Positions 42,601 through 57,044 of a DNA stretch of 64,000 nt are shown in pieces. A program made the position numbers and the translations under genes. Numbering within the stretch: position 1 is the first letter of the stretch; each line of letters opens with the position of its first letter. The stretch comes from Eledone cirrhosa. Its lineage: Eukaryota. The stretch lies in assembly GCA_964016885.1 (NCBI GenBank), contig OZ024746.1, forward strand, positions 51,584,001 through 51,648,000, written 5' to 3'. The notes beneath the pieces are model-generated. The model did not search any database. It was not told the DNA's origin and saw only the letters and a program-made list of their open reading frames with translations.

Positions 42601-45600
42601 TGTTGCTTGTTGTTGTTACTGTTTGTTGTTGCTGTTACTGTTTGTTGTTGTTGTTACTGTTTGTTGTTGTTGTTACTGCTTGTTGTTGTTACTGTTTGTT
42701 GTTGTTGTTACTGTTTGTTGTTGTTGTTACTGTTTGTTGTTGCTGTTACTGCTTGTTGTTGTTGTTACTGTTTGTTGTTGCTGTAACTGTTTGTTGTTGT
42801 TACAGTTTGTTGTTGTTGTTACTGTTTGTTGTTGTTGTTACTGTTTGTTGTTGCTGTTACTGCTTGTTGTTGTTGTTACTGTTTGTTGTTGCTGTAACTG
42901 TTTGTTGTTGTTACAGTTTGTTGTTGTTGTTGTTACTGTTGGTTGTTATATTTTTGTTTGTTTTTGCTGTTGCTGTTCGTTGTTGTTGTTACTGTTTGTT
43001 GTTGTTGTTACTGTTTGTTGTTGTTGTTACTGTTTGTTGTTGCTGTTACTTTTAGTTGTTGTTGTTACTGTTGGTTGTTGTTGTTACTGTTTGTTGTTGT
43101 TGTTACTGCTGGTTGTTGTTGTTACTGTTTGTTTTTGTTTTTACTGTTTCTTGTTGTTACTGTTTGTTGTTGTTGTTGTTGTTGTTACTGTTTGTTGTTG
43201 TATTTACTGCTTGTTGTTGTAGTTACTGTTTATTGTTGTTATTACTGTTTGTTGTTGTTACAGTTTGTTGTTTCTGTTTGTTGTTGTTGTTACTGTTTGT
43301 TGTTGCTGTTACTGTTTGTTGTTGCTGTTACTGTTTGTTGTTGTTGTTACTGTTTGTTGTTCTTGTTACTGTTTGTTGTTGCTGTTACTGTTTGTTGTTG
43401 TTGTTACTTTTTGTTGTTACTGTTAGTTGTTGTTGTTACTGTTGGTTGTTGTTGTTACTGTTTGTTGTTGTTGTTACTCTTGGTTGTTGTTGTTACTGTT
43501 AGTTGTTGTTGTTACTGTCTGTTGTTCTGTTACTGTTTGGTGTTGCTGTTACTGTTTGTTGTTTCTGTTACTGTTTGTTGCTGTTACTGTTGCTTGTTCT
43601 TGTTACTCTTTGTTGTTGTTGTTACTGTTTGTTGTTGCTGTTACTCTTTGTTGTTGTTGTTACTGTTGGTTGTTGTTGTTACTGTTTGTTGTCACTACTG
43701 TTTGTTGTTGTTACTGTTTGTTGTTGTTTACTGTTGGTTGTTGTTGTTACTGTTTGTTGTTCTGTTACTGTTGGTTGTTGTTGTACTGTTGGTTATTGTT
43801 GTTACTGTTGGTTGTTTTTGTTACTGTTGGTTGTTCTGTTATGGTTTGTTGTTGCTGTTACTGTGTGTTGTTGTTGTTACTGTTTGTTTTTGTTGTTACT
43901 GTTTGTTGTTGCTGTTACTATTGGTTGTTGGTGTTACTGTTGGTTGTTGTTGTTACTGTTTGTTGTTGCTGTGACTGTTTGTTGTTGCTGTTACTGTTTG
44001 TTTTTGTTGTTGTTACTGTTTGTTGTTGCTGTTACTTTTAGTTGTTGTTGTTACTGTTGGTTGTTGTTGTTACTGTTTGTTGTTGTTGTTGTTACTGCTG
44101 GTTGTTGTTGTTACTGTTTGTTGTTGTTACAGTTTGTTGTTGCTGTTTGTTGTTGTTACAGTTTGTTGTTACTGTTTGTTGTTGTTGTTACTGTTTGTTG
44201 TTGCTGTGACTGTTTGTTGTTGCTGTTACTGTTTGTTGTTGTTATTACTGTTTGTTGTTGTTGTTACTGTTTGTTGTTGCTGTTACTTTTAGTTGTTGTT
44301 GTTACTGTTGGTTGTTGTTGTTGTTGTTGTTACTGCTGGTTGTTGTTGTTACTGTTTGTTTTTGTTTTTACTGTTTCTTGTTACTGTTTGTTGTTGTTAC
44401 TGTTTGTTGTTGTTGTTGTTACTGTTTGTTGTTGTAGTTACTGCTTGTTGTTGTTACTGTTTGTTGTTGTTACTGTTTGTTGTTGCTGTTACTCTTTGTT
44501 GTTGTTACTGTTTGTTGTTGTTACTGTTTGTCGTTGCTGTTACTGTTGGTTGTTGTTGTTATGTTTGTTGTTGCTGTTGCTGTTGGTTGTTGTTGTTACT
44601 GTTTGTTGTTGCTGTTACTGTTTGTTGTTGTTGTTACTGTTTGTTGTTGTTGTTACTGTTTGTTGTTGTTTTGTTTGTTGTTGTTGTTACTGTTTGTTGT
44701 TGTTGTTACTGTTTGTTGTTGTTGTTACTGTTGCTTGTTGTTGTTACTGTTTGTTGTTGCTGTTACTGTTTGTTATTGTTGTTACTGTTTGTTGTTGTTG
44801 TTACTGCTTGTTGTTGTTACTGTTTGTTGTTGTTGTTACTGTTTGTTGTTGTTGTTACTGCTTGTTGTTGCTGTTACTGCTTGTTGTTGTTGTTACTGTT
44901 TGTTGTTGCTGTAACTGTTTGTTGTTGTTACAGTTTGTTGTTGTTGTTACTGTTTGTTGTTGTTGTTACTGTTGGTTGTTATATTTATGTTTGTTTTTGC
45001 TGTTGCTGTTGGTTGTTGTTGTTACTGTTTGTTGTTGCTGTTACTGTTTGTTGTTGTTGTTACTGTTTGTTGTTGTTGTTACTGTTTGTTGTTGTTACTG
45101 TTTGTTGTTGTTACAGTTTGTTGTTGCTGTTACTGCTTGTTGTTGTTGTTACTGTTTGTTGTTACTGTTACTGTTTGTTGTTGTTACAGTTTGTTGTTGT
45201 TGTTACTGTTTGTTGTTGTTGTTACTGTTGGTTGTTGTTATTATGTTTGTTTTTGCTGTTGCTGTTGGTTTTTGTTGTTACTGTTTATTGTTGCTGTTAC
45301 TGTTTGTTGTTGTTGTTACTGTTTGTTGTTGTTATTACTGTTTGTTGTTGTTGTTACTGTTGTTGTTGTTACTGTTTGTTGTTCTGTTACTGTTTGTTGT
45401 TGCTGTTACTGTTTGTTGCTGTTACTGTTGCTTGTTGTTGTTACTGTTTGTTGTTGTTGTTACTGTTTGTTGTTGTCGTTACTGTTTTTTGTTGCTGTTA
45501 CTCTTTGTTGTTTTTGTTACTGTTGGTTGTTGTTGTTACTGTTGGTTGTTGTTGTTACTGTTGGTTGTTATTACTGTTTGTTGTCCAGTTACTGTTGGTT

Positions 45601-45997
45601 GTTGTTGTTACTGTTTCTTGTTCTTACTGTTTGTTGTTGCTGTTACTGTTGCTTGTTGTTGTTACTGTTTGTTGTTGTTGTTACTTTTTGTTGTTGTTAT
45701 TGTTTCTTGTTACTGTTGGTTGTCGTTGTTACTGTTAGGTTGTTGTTGTTACTGTTTGTTGTTTTTGTTACTGATGGTTGTTGTTGTTACTGTTCGTTGT
45801 TGTTACTGTTTGTGGTTGTTGTTACTGTTTGTTGTTGTTGTTACTGTTTGTTGTTGCTGTTACTGTTTGTTGTTGATACTGTTTATTGTTGTTGTTACTG
45901 TTTGTTGTTACTGTTACTGTTTGTTGTTTTTGTTACTTTTTGTTGTTGTTGTTACTGTTTGTTATTGTTGTTACTGTTTGTTGTTGTTGTTACTGTT
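36630..45997. repeat. ~9.4-kb (GTT)n-derived satellite, unit (gtt)2-4 actgttt
   Basis: Continuous degenerate 13-22-nt units with internal block duplications. Confidence 0.97.
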
Positions 45998-46339
45998 CTT
46001 TTCAACACTGCTTACCGTGCTATACTCATCAACCAAACCACATATTCCACACCCGGCCCTCGACACCTCCACAGCAACTAATATACTACATTCACAAAGA
46101 TTCATCTGTGTTCATTATCTTCAAGATTTACTAATCCCTAGGATCAACTAATATATATGAAATGGGTTGACTGGTAGGGATAGATGAGTAGGGTGGAAGG
46201 GGGGTATTTTTAATTAACTACAGATTATCATCATCATAGTCATCATCATGATCATCATAATTATTGTCGTCGTTATCATCATCCTTATCATCCTCCATCT
46301 TCGTCATCATCATTCAATTAATCATTACTATTCTTTGCA

Positions 46340-46999
46340 GCGGTGAATTGGCAGTACTGGTAGAGGGTAGGACGCCATGCTTTGACGCATAGAGTTACGG
46401 CCCTTGCTATTCTGAGTTCAAATCCCGCCGAGGTTAACTTTGCCTTTCATCCTTACAGGGTCGATAAAATAAAGTACCAGTAATGTACTGGGTAATTGCT
46501 GGCCTTCTGCTAAAAGTAGAAACAATTCTTATTCTTATTGTTGTTATCATTGATGTCTACAATGTTATGTAACTTTCTATGAAGTGGCGTAGTTTACTGA
46601 TTAGAGTCTTCGACTCTCGATCGTAGCGACGTCATCATCATCATCAGCAGCATCATCATCATCGTTATCATCGTCATCATCATCATCATCATCATCATCA
46701 TTAGCCTCAGCTTCATCTTCATCTTCATCATCATCGTCATCATCATTTAATTTATCATTATTATTCTTATTGTCAAGGGCGGTGCATTGGCAGTATCGGT
46801 AGAGGGTCGGACGCCATGCTTTGCAGCATAGAGTTACGGCTCTTTACGGTCTGAGTTCAAATCCCGCCGAGGTTAACTTTACCTTTCATCCTTACGGGGT
46901 CGATAAAATAAAGCACCAGTAACGCACTGGGGTCGGTTTAATCGACTTTCCCCTCTCCCCAAATTGCTGGCCTTGTCCCTATATAAGAAACCATTATTA
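46340..46999 (+). mobile_element. Two SINE copies separated by (CAT)n
   Basis: Copies at 46340-46526 and 46777-46999. Confidence 0.85.
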
Positions 47000-47260
47000 T
47001 TCTGTGAAGTGGCGTAGTTTAGTGGTTAGAGTGCTCAATTCCCGATCGTAAAGTCGTGAGTTATATTCTAGTCGGAGCTCTGCGTTCTTCAGGATGACAC
47101 TTTGTTTCACGTAGATTGCTTAGAAGAATTGCGTACAGTTTGGAAAACACACATACAAGTATTCTATGTACATATACACACAAACACACAAATATATATC
47201 ATTGATTCTTTCTGCCATCTTAAATCTCATTATTTACTACTATGTATTATTTTATTTAAG

Positions 47261-47311
47261 ATTTGAAAAATCAACAACAGGATAATCCGAGTGATACATT
47301 ATCAGTCTTTG
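47261..47311 (+). CDS. Candidate 51-nt symmetric micro-exon (linker after the Kazal domain)
   Basis: T-rich tract plus AG at 47259-47260 and perfect G|GTAAGT donor at 47312. Open in phase 1-1, giving (N)LKNQQQDNPSDTLSVF, which fits the phase-1 end of the Kazal exon. Confidence 0.55.
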
Positions 47312-47895
47312 GTAAGTTACATTTTCTTTTATCCTTGTGATACAGTGTATGTGTTTATTTTTTCTTTCTAATTGTGTAAATGCATATAAACATAAATTCT
47401 ACATGGAGAGAGGGGGGGGGGGATAGTAGTTGTGGTCGGGGTAGAGGTGCTACGGGAAATGTTTCTCCAAAGTGCAAGCCTTGGCAAGATCTTTTATGGG
47501 TGGTTAGCAGTCGCCCGTGCATGCACGTCTTCAGGAAAAATCAAAGACCGATACAATTGAAAATAAAGTATCGTACTCTATGATTAACGCACCGCCTAGT
47601 CAAGGATTCAAACTTGCGACTACGTGATCTTCAGCTCAACACCCTAATCACTAAGACATGTGCTTTGACATACAAATGTTAAATAAGGAGTACGACACTT
47701 TATTTTCAATTAGACCAGCCGTGACCCGTTGGGTCACGTTGCTGCAAAATATTTTTTAAAAACCATGTTGACTTAAAATATTTTTTTGAATAAGTAAAAT
47801 ATACACAGACATGTATATAATGTGAAATGAAACTGGAAGGCCCATATATATACGTGTGTATATATATATATATATATATATAAATGTGTGTGTGT

Positions 47896-47969
<74 letters not shown>

Positions 47970-48735
47970 GTGTCTGTGATCTATATACACTGGTCATAGA
48001 CACACACACACACATATATACACAACAACAATACCAGCTCTTTCTTTCTCTCTTCCATCCTCCTTCTCTGTCTCCTCTCCCTCTCTCTATGTCTCTATTT
48101 CAATCTACTCTCTAGTAATCACTATCTCTTTCTCTGTATCTTTCTGTTTATAAAGGTACCCGGAAAAACCCCATATCTAGGGAACACGCGCACCGATTTA
48201 CGCGAAACTTGTTTTATTCCATTTGTATTCCCATTTCAGGGGCAACATCATTTCAAAGTATTTTCCCATTATGCGCCCTTTTGGCTGTATTACATTACGG
48301 ACAAGCAAGCAAGCGATCACAGAGTTTTAGTATTAAATAGATTGTATCGGTCTTTGATTTTTCCTGAAGCCGTGCATGCACGGGCGACTGCTGGCCTTCC
48401 ATAAAATATCTTGCCAAGGCTTGCACTTTCGAGAAACATTTCCTGGTGCAAACACATGGTTAGCCTTGACCGCAGGGGGTGGGGTCTTTGTATTATCTTT
48501 GTGTCATTCAGTGCAACATACATTGATATTATTGATATCTTATCAAGGTGTTAACTGTCACGTCTCGAAACATTGCGAGATTAAAGAGGTCGTAAACGCA
48601 TTATTGTTGTAAAATAAAGTTTACTCAACACTAGGTATTGAGTTCTTTTGTCCGTAAATATTGTTATTCTTTACTTGACAACCTTAAAATTAATGTAATT
48701 ATGTATGTATGTATGTATGTATGTATGTATGTATG

Positions 48736-48778
<43 letters not shown>

Positions 48779-49350
48779 TTGTATGCATGTATATATGTAA
48801 GTTTGTATATATATATATATATATATATATACAGGGGTGGGTGAGTGGTTGCGTGTTTGTCTTTCTCTTATGATCTGCAAAACAAACATGAGGATAGAGC
48901 TGGTGACTTCATTTTCAGCCTTTGAATGGTATACACACACATACAAACACACACACGCACACACACATATATATATATATGCCTACTTCACTGTGTTTGT
49001 TTGACCAAGTCCTTTTCCTTTGAGTTAAATTCTAAACGGAAGGAAGTTAGTATTTTTTTTTAATAAAAACTTTTTTTTTAAAGTTTTCTTTCTAATTTCG
49101 GGCTTCTTTCTTTTTTGCTTTTATTCATTGTTTTTTTGTTTTTTTTTAATTTTATTTCCTTCTTTTATTCTTTTATTCATTCCTTACATTTGTCGTTCCT
49201 TCCTTCATTCTTGATTTTTTTTTTGTTGTTGTAGCAATTCTTTGATTCCCAAACTGTTTCCCCTCTTTCTAGTTTTTTATGTATTCTTTTTCATTTCGTT
49301 CCTCTCTGGTTTTCTTTATATTTCTTCAACGTAAACAACCACGTCAGTAG

Positions 49351-49448
<98 letters not shown>

Positions 49449-49557
49449 ATCTCTCTCTCTCTCTCTCTTTATATATATATATATATATATTATTGAGTAA
49501 AATGACAGGAGGCCGAAATGGTGAAATTCCTTCAAAGATTTAAAGATTTATTATAGC

Positions 49558-49619
49558 AAACACTATGTACATTTCAGTGACCAAGGTCTGTAAGATCCTG
49601 GTGACATCATCAGGTGTTT
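49558..49619 (-). ncRNA. Minimal type I hammerhead ribozyme
   Basis: aaacac-CUGAUGA-stem II-GAAA-uguaca-UA-guguuu. Confidence 0.8.
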
Positions 49620-50955
49620 ATTGCATAAAAGTTATATAATAAAGGAATAATGGTAAACACAATCCAAGAGGCTAAAAAAACCAGAGAAAAATATTTTTAA
49701 CTCGAATATATATATCAATTTGTAAAAAGTGTCCCACGTGCTAAAGTCGTAAAAATTATATGAGCGAAGAACAAAAGTAAAAAAATAACCCAACGAATAC
49801 GGACAGCCCCCAACTCATCAGTTGATCGTTAGAGATACGTTGTTTCGTTTCTTTAAAATCGATACAACTGGGTCCAGTGCACAAGGGACAGGATATTCAA
49901 AATAGTGGTGTGTGCACCACTAACAAAAAGCAAGAGAAAGAAGGAGAGTCCCATCTCCTCACTCAACCTCTGGAAATCACTACGATTTCGGCTCATTAAC
50001 GTTGATATCGCTCATTCCAATGCATACTGGGACATAACAAAACAGGTAGCGACAAGTTATGGCCTTGGGCAAATTACACAAATATAGAGTGCGTAAGGGC
50101 TTAGCCAAAGGAGAAAAAATATAGAAAGGGGAGAAATAGTAAAACAGGAGAGAATAATAAGGACTATAGTCCAAAGTACAGACAAAGAAGGACACTGAGG
50201 TGTAGAAAAAGTAAGAAGGAAGAATAGAGGAAAACAGACCGGGCAGTGTGTTTTCTATTAAATTCTATTATATGATATATATATATATATATAAGAAACA
50301 GGAGCTGTGTAGTTGCCGGATAAGGTGTATTTATAAATAAGTGGAAAGCACGAACGGGGATAATGTTCCTTCATCAGTTGTCTGCTGGGGATCATGGATC
50401 TTCAGTTTCCATTCGATTTTGTTCAAATTGATACTTAGGTTATTTAGCTCCCGTAGCATATCAATATGCAGTTTAAATCTTTCTATCTTTCTCTCCCCTA
50501 AAATAGCAGAGTTCTGGGGCTATTTGAAGACCACCGTGTTGAGGAGAAAGTGTGGGGTGAGGTCTTTATTTACAGTGGCGAAAGGTGAGCCCGGCAAGGA
50601 CGGGTTCTTTTGCTAGTATATATATAGAGAGAGAAAGAGTGCTACTCTGATCTGTGGTCTCCCTCTTCTCGGCACCGCAGACTTTCAACATATATATATA
50701 AGCAAAGGGATATTTAATTTGTTGGTAATTCAACAAATATATATATTTATAACTGATTCGAAGCACTCGACAAGTTTTCTGGAGTATAATATCAATGATA
50801 TTAATAAATGGAAACTATATTTATGAAACCATATTTATTCTATTATATGTATTTCAAGGGTACCAAAACTTTGGTACGCTCTCATCAGAGTTTGTTTTAT
50901 AAATATTGACATATCCAGGAACGAGATCCTAACGGTTCAATTTTTTTCTGGGTAG

Positions 50956-51009
<54 letters not shown>

Positions 51010-51179
51010 AGATCCCGTTAAGGGTGAAAGCAGCGATTCTTTGCTTAAACTTTAATCTGTTATTTTAATAAATATTTGCTCTACGGTTCTTATATATTTG
51101 ATATATATTTATCCTTATCGGGCCCTCTTTGGATTTTACTCTTCAAATTTATTATTATTACTATATATATATATATATT

Positions 51180-51273
<94 letters not shown>

Positions 51274-51569
51274 TATATATATGGGGGGGGGAAGGGGGAT
51301 GATCTATTTGCTTACTAAGGTTTTGCCCATTCATTGCCATAAACTTTATTGAAAAATAATGCGTTGAACAACAAACATTATTTCTCGATACAAATACATA
51401 TAATTATATTTGTTGTATTTTTCATACATTATAACATTGGAAACGAACGTTTAGTTAATCTTTTATGTGACTCAGGTGGCATTTATTATGAAACGCATAT
51501 TAACTGGCTGGGCTGCTTTGAATTAGTCTTCTGCTACTAATCCGCTTAGAGATAGAATATTATACACAA

Positions 51570-51689
<120 letters not shown>

Positions 51690-52180
51690 ATACTTGGGGA
51701 GGGTCATATTTGTGTAATATTGCCAGAATTAATAACAGAACACACTCACTGTTTGGTTGGTTTTCGCTTCTCGCATCTGTGTCTTTTATATCGGTAATCT
51801 AATATACTTGGTCCTCAATGTTGCCATTGACTGACCGACGGTCAGTCAATGGCAACATTGAGGACCGAGTAAGTTAGATCGCAGATATAAAAGACAGCGA
51901 GAAGCGAAAACCAACCAAACAGTGAGTGTGTTCTGTTATTAATTCTGGCAATATTACACAAATATGACCCTCCCCAAGTATAACAATATTTGTTTCGACA
52001 CACGATTTCATATAAAAAACCTCGCTAAACTATATATATATATATAAACAAAGGGATATCTAATTTGTTGGTAATTCAACAAATATATATATTTATAACG
52101 GATTCGAAGCACTCGACAAGTTTCTGGAGTATAATATCAATGATATTAATAAATGGAAACTATGTTTAGAAAACCATATT

Positions 52181-52241
52181 TATTCTGTTATATATATTTC
52201 AAGGGTATCAACACTTTGGTATGCTCTCATCAGATAAAATA
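52181..52241 (-). ncRNA. Minimal type I hammerhead ribozyme
   Basis: uauuuuau-CUGAUGA-gagcauacca...-GAAA-uauaua-UA-acagaaua, one stem I mismatch. Sister copy 50836-50888 has lost its 5' stem I. Confidence 0.68.
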
Positions 52242-52350
52242 CAAAGTTTGTTTTATAAATATTGATATAACCAGGAATGAGACCTTAACGGTGTGTGTGT
52301 GTGTATATATATATATTATCTGTTATCATTGTCATTATTCACATCTATAT

Positions 52351-52531
52351 GGGGCGGTGGATTGGCAGTATCGGTAGAGGGTCGGACACCATGCTGTGCA
52401 GCATAGAGTTATGACCCTTTATGATCTGAGTTCAAATCCCGCCGAGGTTAACTTTGTCCCTGGGGTCGATTTAATCAACTTTCCCCTTCCCACAAAATTG
52501 CTGGCCTTGTGCCTATATAAGAAACTATTAT
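52351..52531 (+). mobile_element. tRNA-derived SINE, main family, internally deleted
   Basis: Matches consensus head and tail. Confidence 0.8.
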
Positions 52532-53851
52532 TATCATCTATATAATATTTATACTCTTAAGAATAATGGTCTTACTTGTCTTAACTACATCTCTCTTTCT
52601 CTCTCTCTCTCTCTCACTCACTCTCTCTCACTCTCTCTCTTTCTCTCTCTCTTTATATATATATATAGATTCACGCACACGGACACACACGTGTATCTGT
52701 GTGTGTGTGTAATTATATTGGGTTGGACAGAAAGTTCTCACCGTTTCCAAAAGCATTTTGCATTTTGGTAGTTTTCTGGAAAGGTTGAAAGTTCCGCATG
52801 CACATACATATATATATATATATGCACCATGTGTATTTCACATTTTCTGTTATGCCGTTAAAAGGGAAGCAACATGGATATATCCCAATCGTTTATTCGT
52901 GTCAGTTTACTTTATGACTCCAAATCTGGCCTGACCTCAGCAGCACCCATTCATCGCATTAACAATCTAAACTATAATAAAGTAAGGAGTGCGGGACTGC
53001 ACCCAGAATATATTTTTTTATCACGTTTGTAAATAAGTTGGATTACTTTGAATAAATAATGAATGAATATTACATAATTTATCTACTAAATTTCGTTATT
53101 CTTGATTAAATATAAATAATATTGTTGCTTATTTTAAGATTCACTTTTTAAAAATGTTCAAAAGTCAACACTTCCGGTTAGCGATCGCTTAAATAAACAT
53201 TCATATATTTCCGTCACTAATTTTCTCCTAATGCAGTTTATATATAATATCGTCTTTTTTTAATGTATCATGGATTACGTTACTGATTACATAAGACAGT
53301 GTAACGCAGTCTTCGTTCAATTTCTGGGTATATTGTCAATTACGATTTTATTTGATGTATCATATCTACATGCATATATACTTGCGTATAATATCAATAT
53401 GCACATTAGGGTGGTTTTTCTGCTAGTATATTTAACAATACACTCCCTTTGACGATACTCAAAATACATGCACTCACATGAAGCAGAAATAGCATCAACG
53501 ACACGGACACCCACGAAACGAAGTCCATCTGTACGCATATAACTGTACAAATACTAGACCGAGACTCTTCGTTTTGGAGTTACCACAACAGGCCGAACTA
53601 CTCACCTGCCTTCATCATCCTTCCTAAATAAATTATTTTTCTCCCACCTTCCATCCACCTAATTCTGCGAACATTGCTCCTTTCTGATGAAGGATTTATG
53701 TACGATACGTTAAAACATTAATTTCCATTTTCCAACAAGCGTGAAACCAATAAGACTTATGTAAGAATATATATATACGCACACAAACATATATATATAT
53801 GTGTGTGTGTGTGTGTGAGGGGGGGGGGGGGCGAGAGAAAGATAGTGTGTG

Positions 53852-53895
<44 letters not shown>

Positions 53896-55106
53896 GATAT
53901 ATATATATACATGCATATGTATATAAATACATATAAGTATATATATATACATACATATATGATGCGGGTGGTGGTGGTGGGGCTGGCACATAAATCACAC
54001 TTTAACATCAACAATACACTGATTTCTTTAGGTCTATACCAGAATGATTTGCCTCTAGACACCAACAAGTTTACTGCACACCACCACACCTGCAGGTGCT
54101 AATTGTTAACTGGAATGATACACACCTGTATACACATGTCTAAATATATATTTATATATATGTGAGTGTGTGTGTGTGTGTGTGTGTGCAATTGTATGTA
54201 TATATATAGAGATATATACACATATACATATTTGTATGTTTATATATATGTATATTTGTATGTTTATATATATGTGTGTGTGTGTGGGTGTGTGTGTGTA
54301 TTTAATATATATATATGGTTGTGTGTGTGTGACTACATTTGTAAATAAACATTGTAGCGTCGAGTGAGTTGAAATGCTTAGATACTGTAGAAAATTTCGA
54401 ACGCAGAAAATAATTGAGAACACATTTGATTGTTATAAATAACAGCTTAGAAAATCGGGTAAAATACCCCTATAGCCGGAAAAAGGTGGCCACTGCCCTC
54501 TTATTTGATATATATTTATCCTTATCGAGCCCTCTTTGGATTTTAGTTTTCAAATTTATTATTATTACTATATATATATATATATATAATGCTCATCAAG
54601 CTCATATCTGTGCGTGTGCAAATACGCGTACACACACTTTTACGTCTACGCACATACCCAACAGTTTCAGCCTCTTGCACTCTCTTCATAAACCACCTTA
54701 CGTTCACGCACCGTCTCTCATATAAACAACTGTCTACCGACAATACCTCTCCAGCCACGCCATTGTCTATCCCCTATCACTACCTACGTACCCTCCACAG
54801 CTTTGTAGAAACACATATACACACATAAAATGTCTAACTTCATGATGTTTATCCCCTCCTCTTGAACGTCTTTAATATATGAGTCCTATTTTGACTTGCA
54901 CTTTTTTCAAAATGACTACACGTGTATTTTCGCTTGAAAATACTCTTGTCTGTTTTCTTTCTTTCCTCCCTTTTTTTCATTTTATATTCCGATGAATTTT
55001 TTGCTCGTTCTTTTTCTTTCCTTCCTGTCTCTCTTAGTCTATATTCCCATGAAGGACTAACGTTGATACTCTTTCTCTACTATAAGGAACAGGTGTTCCG
55101 CTAGGG

Positions 55107-55457
55107 CAGGAGTGTGCAACATATACCATTGAGGGGCCACTTTTGAAAATTGGAACAACTATTAGGGCCAGTCACTATCAAAAATATGTAATCTAATGAA
55201 AACCAGTGAATTTAGTCATAAATACATTGTGAATACATTTTTAAACAATAAAGACAAATAACACGGAACTGGGAAATTATAACACACATAACCCTATCAG
55301 TGATGCCCTTTAGTATAGGTCAACTAACAGAAAATTGTATTACAGTTACGAAAAAAAAAATTCTAAATAAGCCTAAATAAAAACGGTCATCGCGGGCCAC
55401 TCTAACTGGGCTGGCAGGCCGGATTGTGGCCCGCTGGCCGCCTGTTACACGCCCCTG
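55107..55457. mobile_element. hAT (Charlie-like) MITE
   Basis: TIRs caggagtgtgcaac / gttacacgcccctg; 8-bp TSD cgctaggg / ctctaggg; ggccc-rich subterminal motifs. Confidence 0.7.
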
Positions 55458-56109
55458 CTCTAGGGTATAGATGAAGACTGCAGGAGAAAAGGCTGATGAA
55501 AACGTAACGTAAAAACCTATAACTATTCCTCCACTGGTTTCGACCAGAAGTGCTTCAGATATTTCTTCACCGGAATGGCCTATTCATTAAATCACCGTTT
55601 GCATAGCTGAGCATTGCACAGAAATGTGGGCCCTTAACCTAGTTTTCATGGAGTTTGAAGGTGACACCGTGTCCGATAAAGCTGGCCCTTTCAGTTACAG
55701 TTGCAACCCCTCTGACGGGCTTTCGAACAGTTCCCGTCCACCGAAATTCGCTCACACAGCTTTATTCGATCTGAGTTTATTGTGAAAGACATTTGCTGAA
55801 ATACCACGGAGTGGGATCAAACTCAAAACCACATGATTTAGGAACAAATTTATTAATCATTCGACTATGCTGCCTCCTCTTACGAAACCGCTACACTAAC
55901 ATGCACCATTGATTCCTCGTCTCTCTTTTTTTTCTCGCTACAAACATTGGCATACTAACATTGGATAATGTACGAGATGTATATTGTCTAAAAATATGAT
56001 GAGCTTCTACCAGATTCTACCAGATTCCACCCAAAACATTCGTCAGTCCAAAGCCATAGTTAGTAAAGGTACTTGCCCAAAGTGGTACGCAGTGGGAGTG
56101 AACGCGAAA

Positions 56110-56145
<36 letters not shown>

Positions 56146-56173
56146 TATTGGCAACATGACCCTCCCAAAGTAT

Positions 56174-56274
<101 letters not shown>

Positions 56275-56276
56275 TA

Positions 56277-57027
56277 TAAACGGAAAAAATGAAACGAAAT
56301 TTCATTTCTCACTCTTAGTACGGCTGTTACTTAAATATTAGTATGTATACGTACATACTTATATGTATACAGACGTACAGTAGTATGTACATATATATAC
56401 ATACATGCACACATATATATATGTACGTATGAATTCACCGAACATTTATTATAATGCTCGGTGTGTTTGTAAACAAACATCCCGTATTAAGCCGTACAAT
56501 GTCCATACGTACATATATATATGTGTGCATGTATGTATATATATATACATACTACTGTACGTCTGTATACATATATGTATGTACGTATACATACTAATAT
56601 TTAAGTAACAGCCGTACTAAGAGTGAGAAATGAAATTTCGTTTCATTTTTTCCGTTTATCGTTTTCGGTACGCCCGCCGATTAACTCACTCGATATGCAA
56701 ATTAAGCTAATCAGCCGTTAATATGCATAAGAAAATATATACTTTCAGACGTTCAACCATCTGGCAGGAAGGTATACTTTGCTGACGATAGCTAATAAGC
56801 TTGAAACTAGTACAGCGTTCTTTGTCAGTGTTGAACAAATGAGCAACGATGGTTGCTAGACACTGTACGGCTTAATTCGGGATGTTTGTTTACAAACACA
56901 CCGAGCATTATAATAAATGTTCGGTGAATCCATAGGTACATATATATATGTGTGCATGTATGTATATATATATATACATACTACTGTACGTCTGTATACA
57001 TATATGTATGTACGTATACATACTAAT
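56277..57027. mobile_element. Compound inverted/tandem PLE 3'-end insertion
   Basis: Inverted arms 56277-56430 and 56505-56659, further copy 56735-57027 with hammerhead. Same family as 12100-12490. Confidence 0.72.
56776..56818 (+). ncRNA. Minimal type I hammerhead ribozyme
   Basis: CUGACGA-uagcu aaua agcuu-GAAA-cuag-UA; stem I partly mismatched. Confidence 0.65.
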
Positions 57028-57044
57028 ATATATATATATACATA

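Noticed and set aside
36595-46151. Long Cys/Leu/Val-rich ORFs (up to 882 aa)
   Set aside because: Open in all three frames simply because the GTT satellite rarely contains stops; no real start context or domain.
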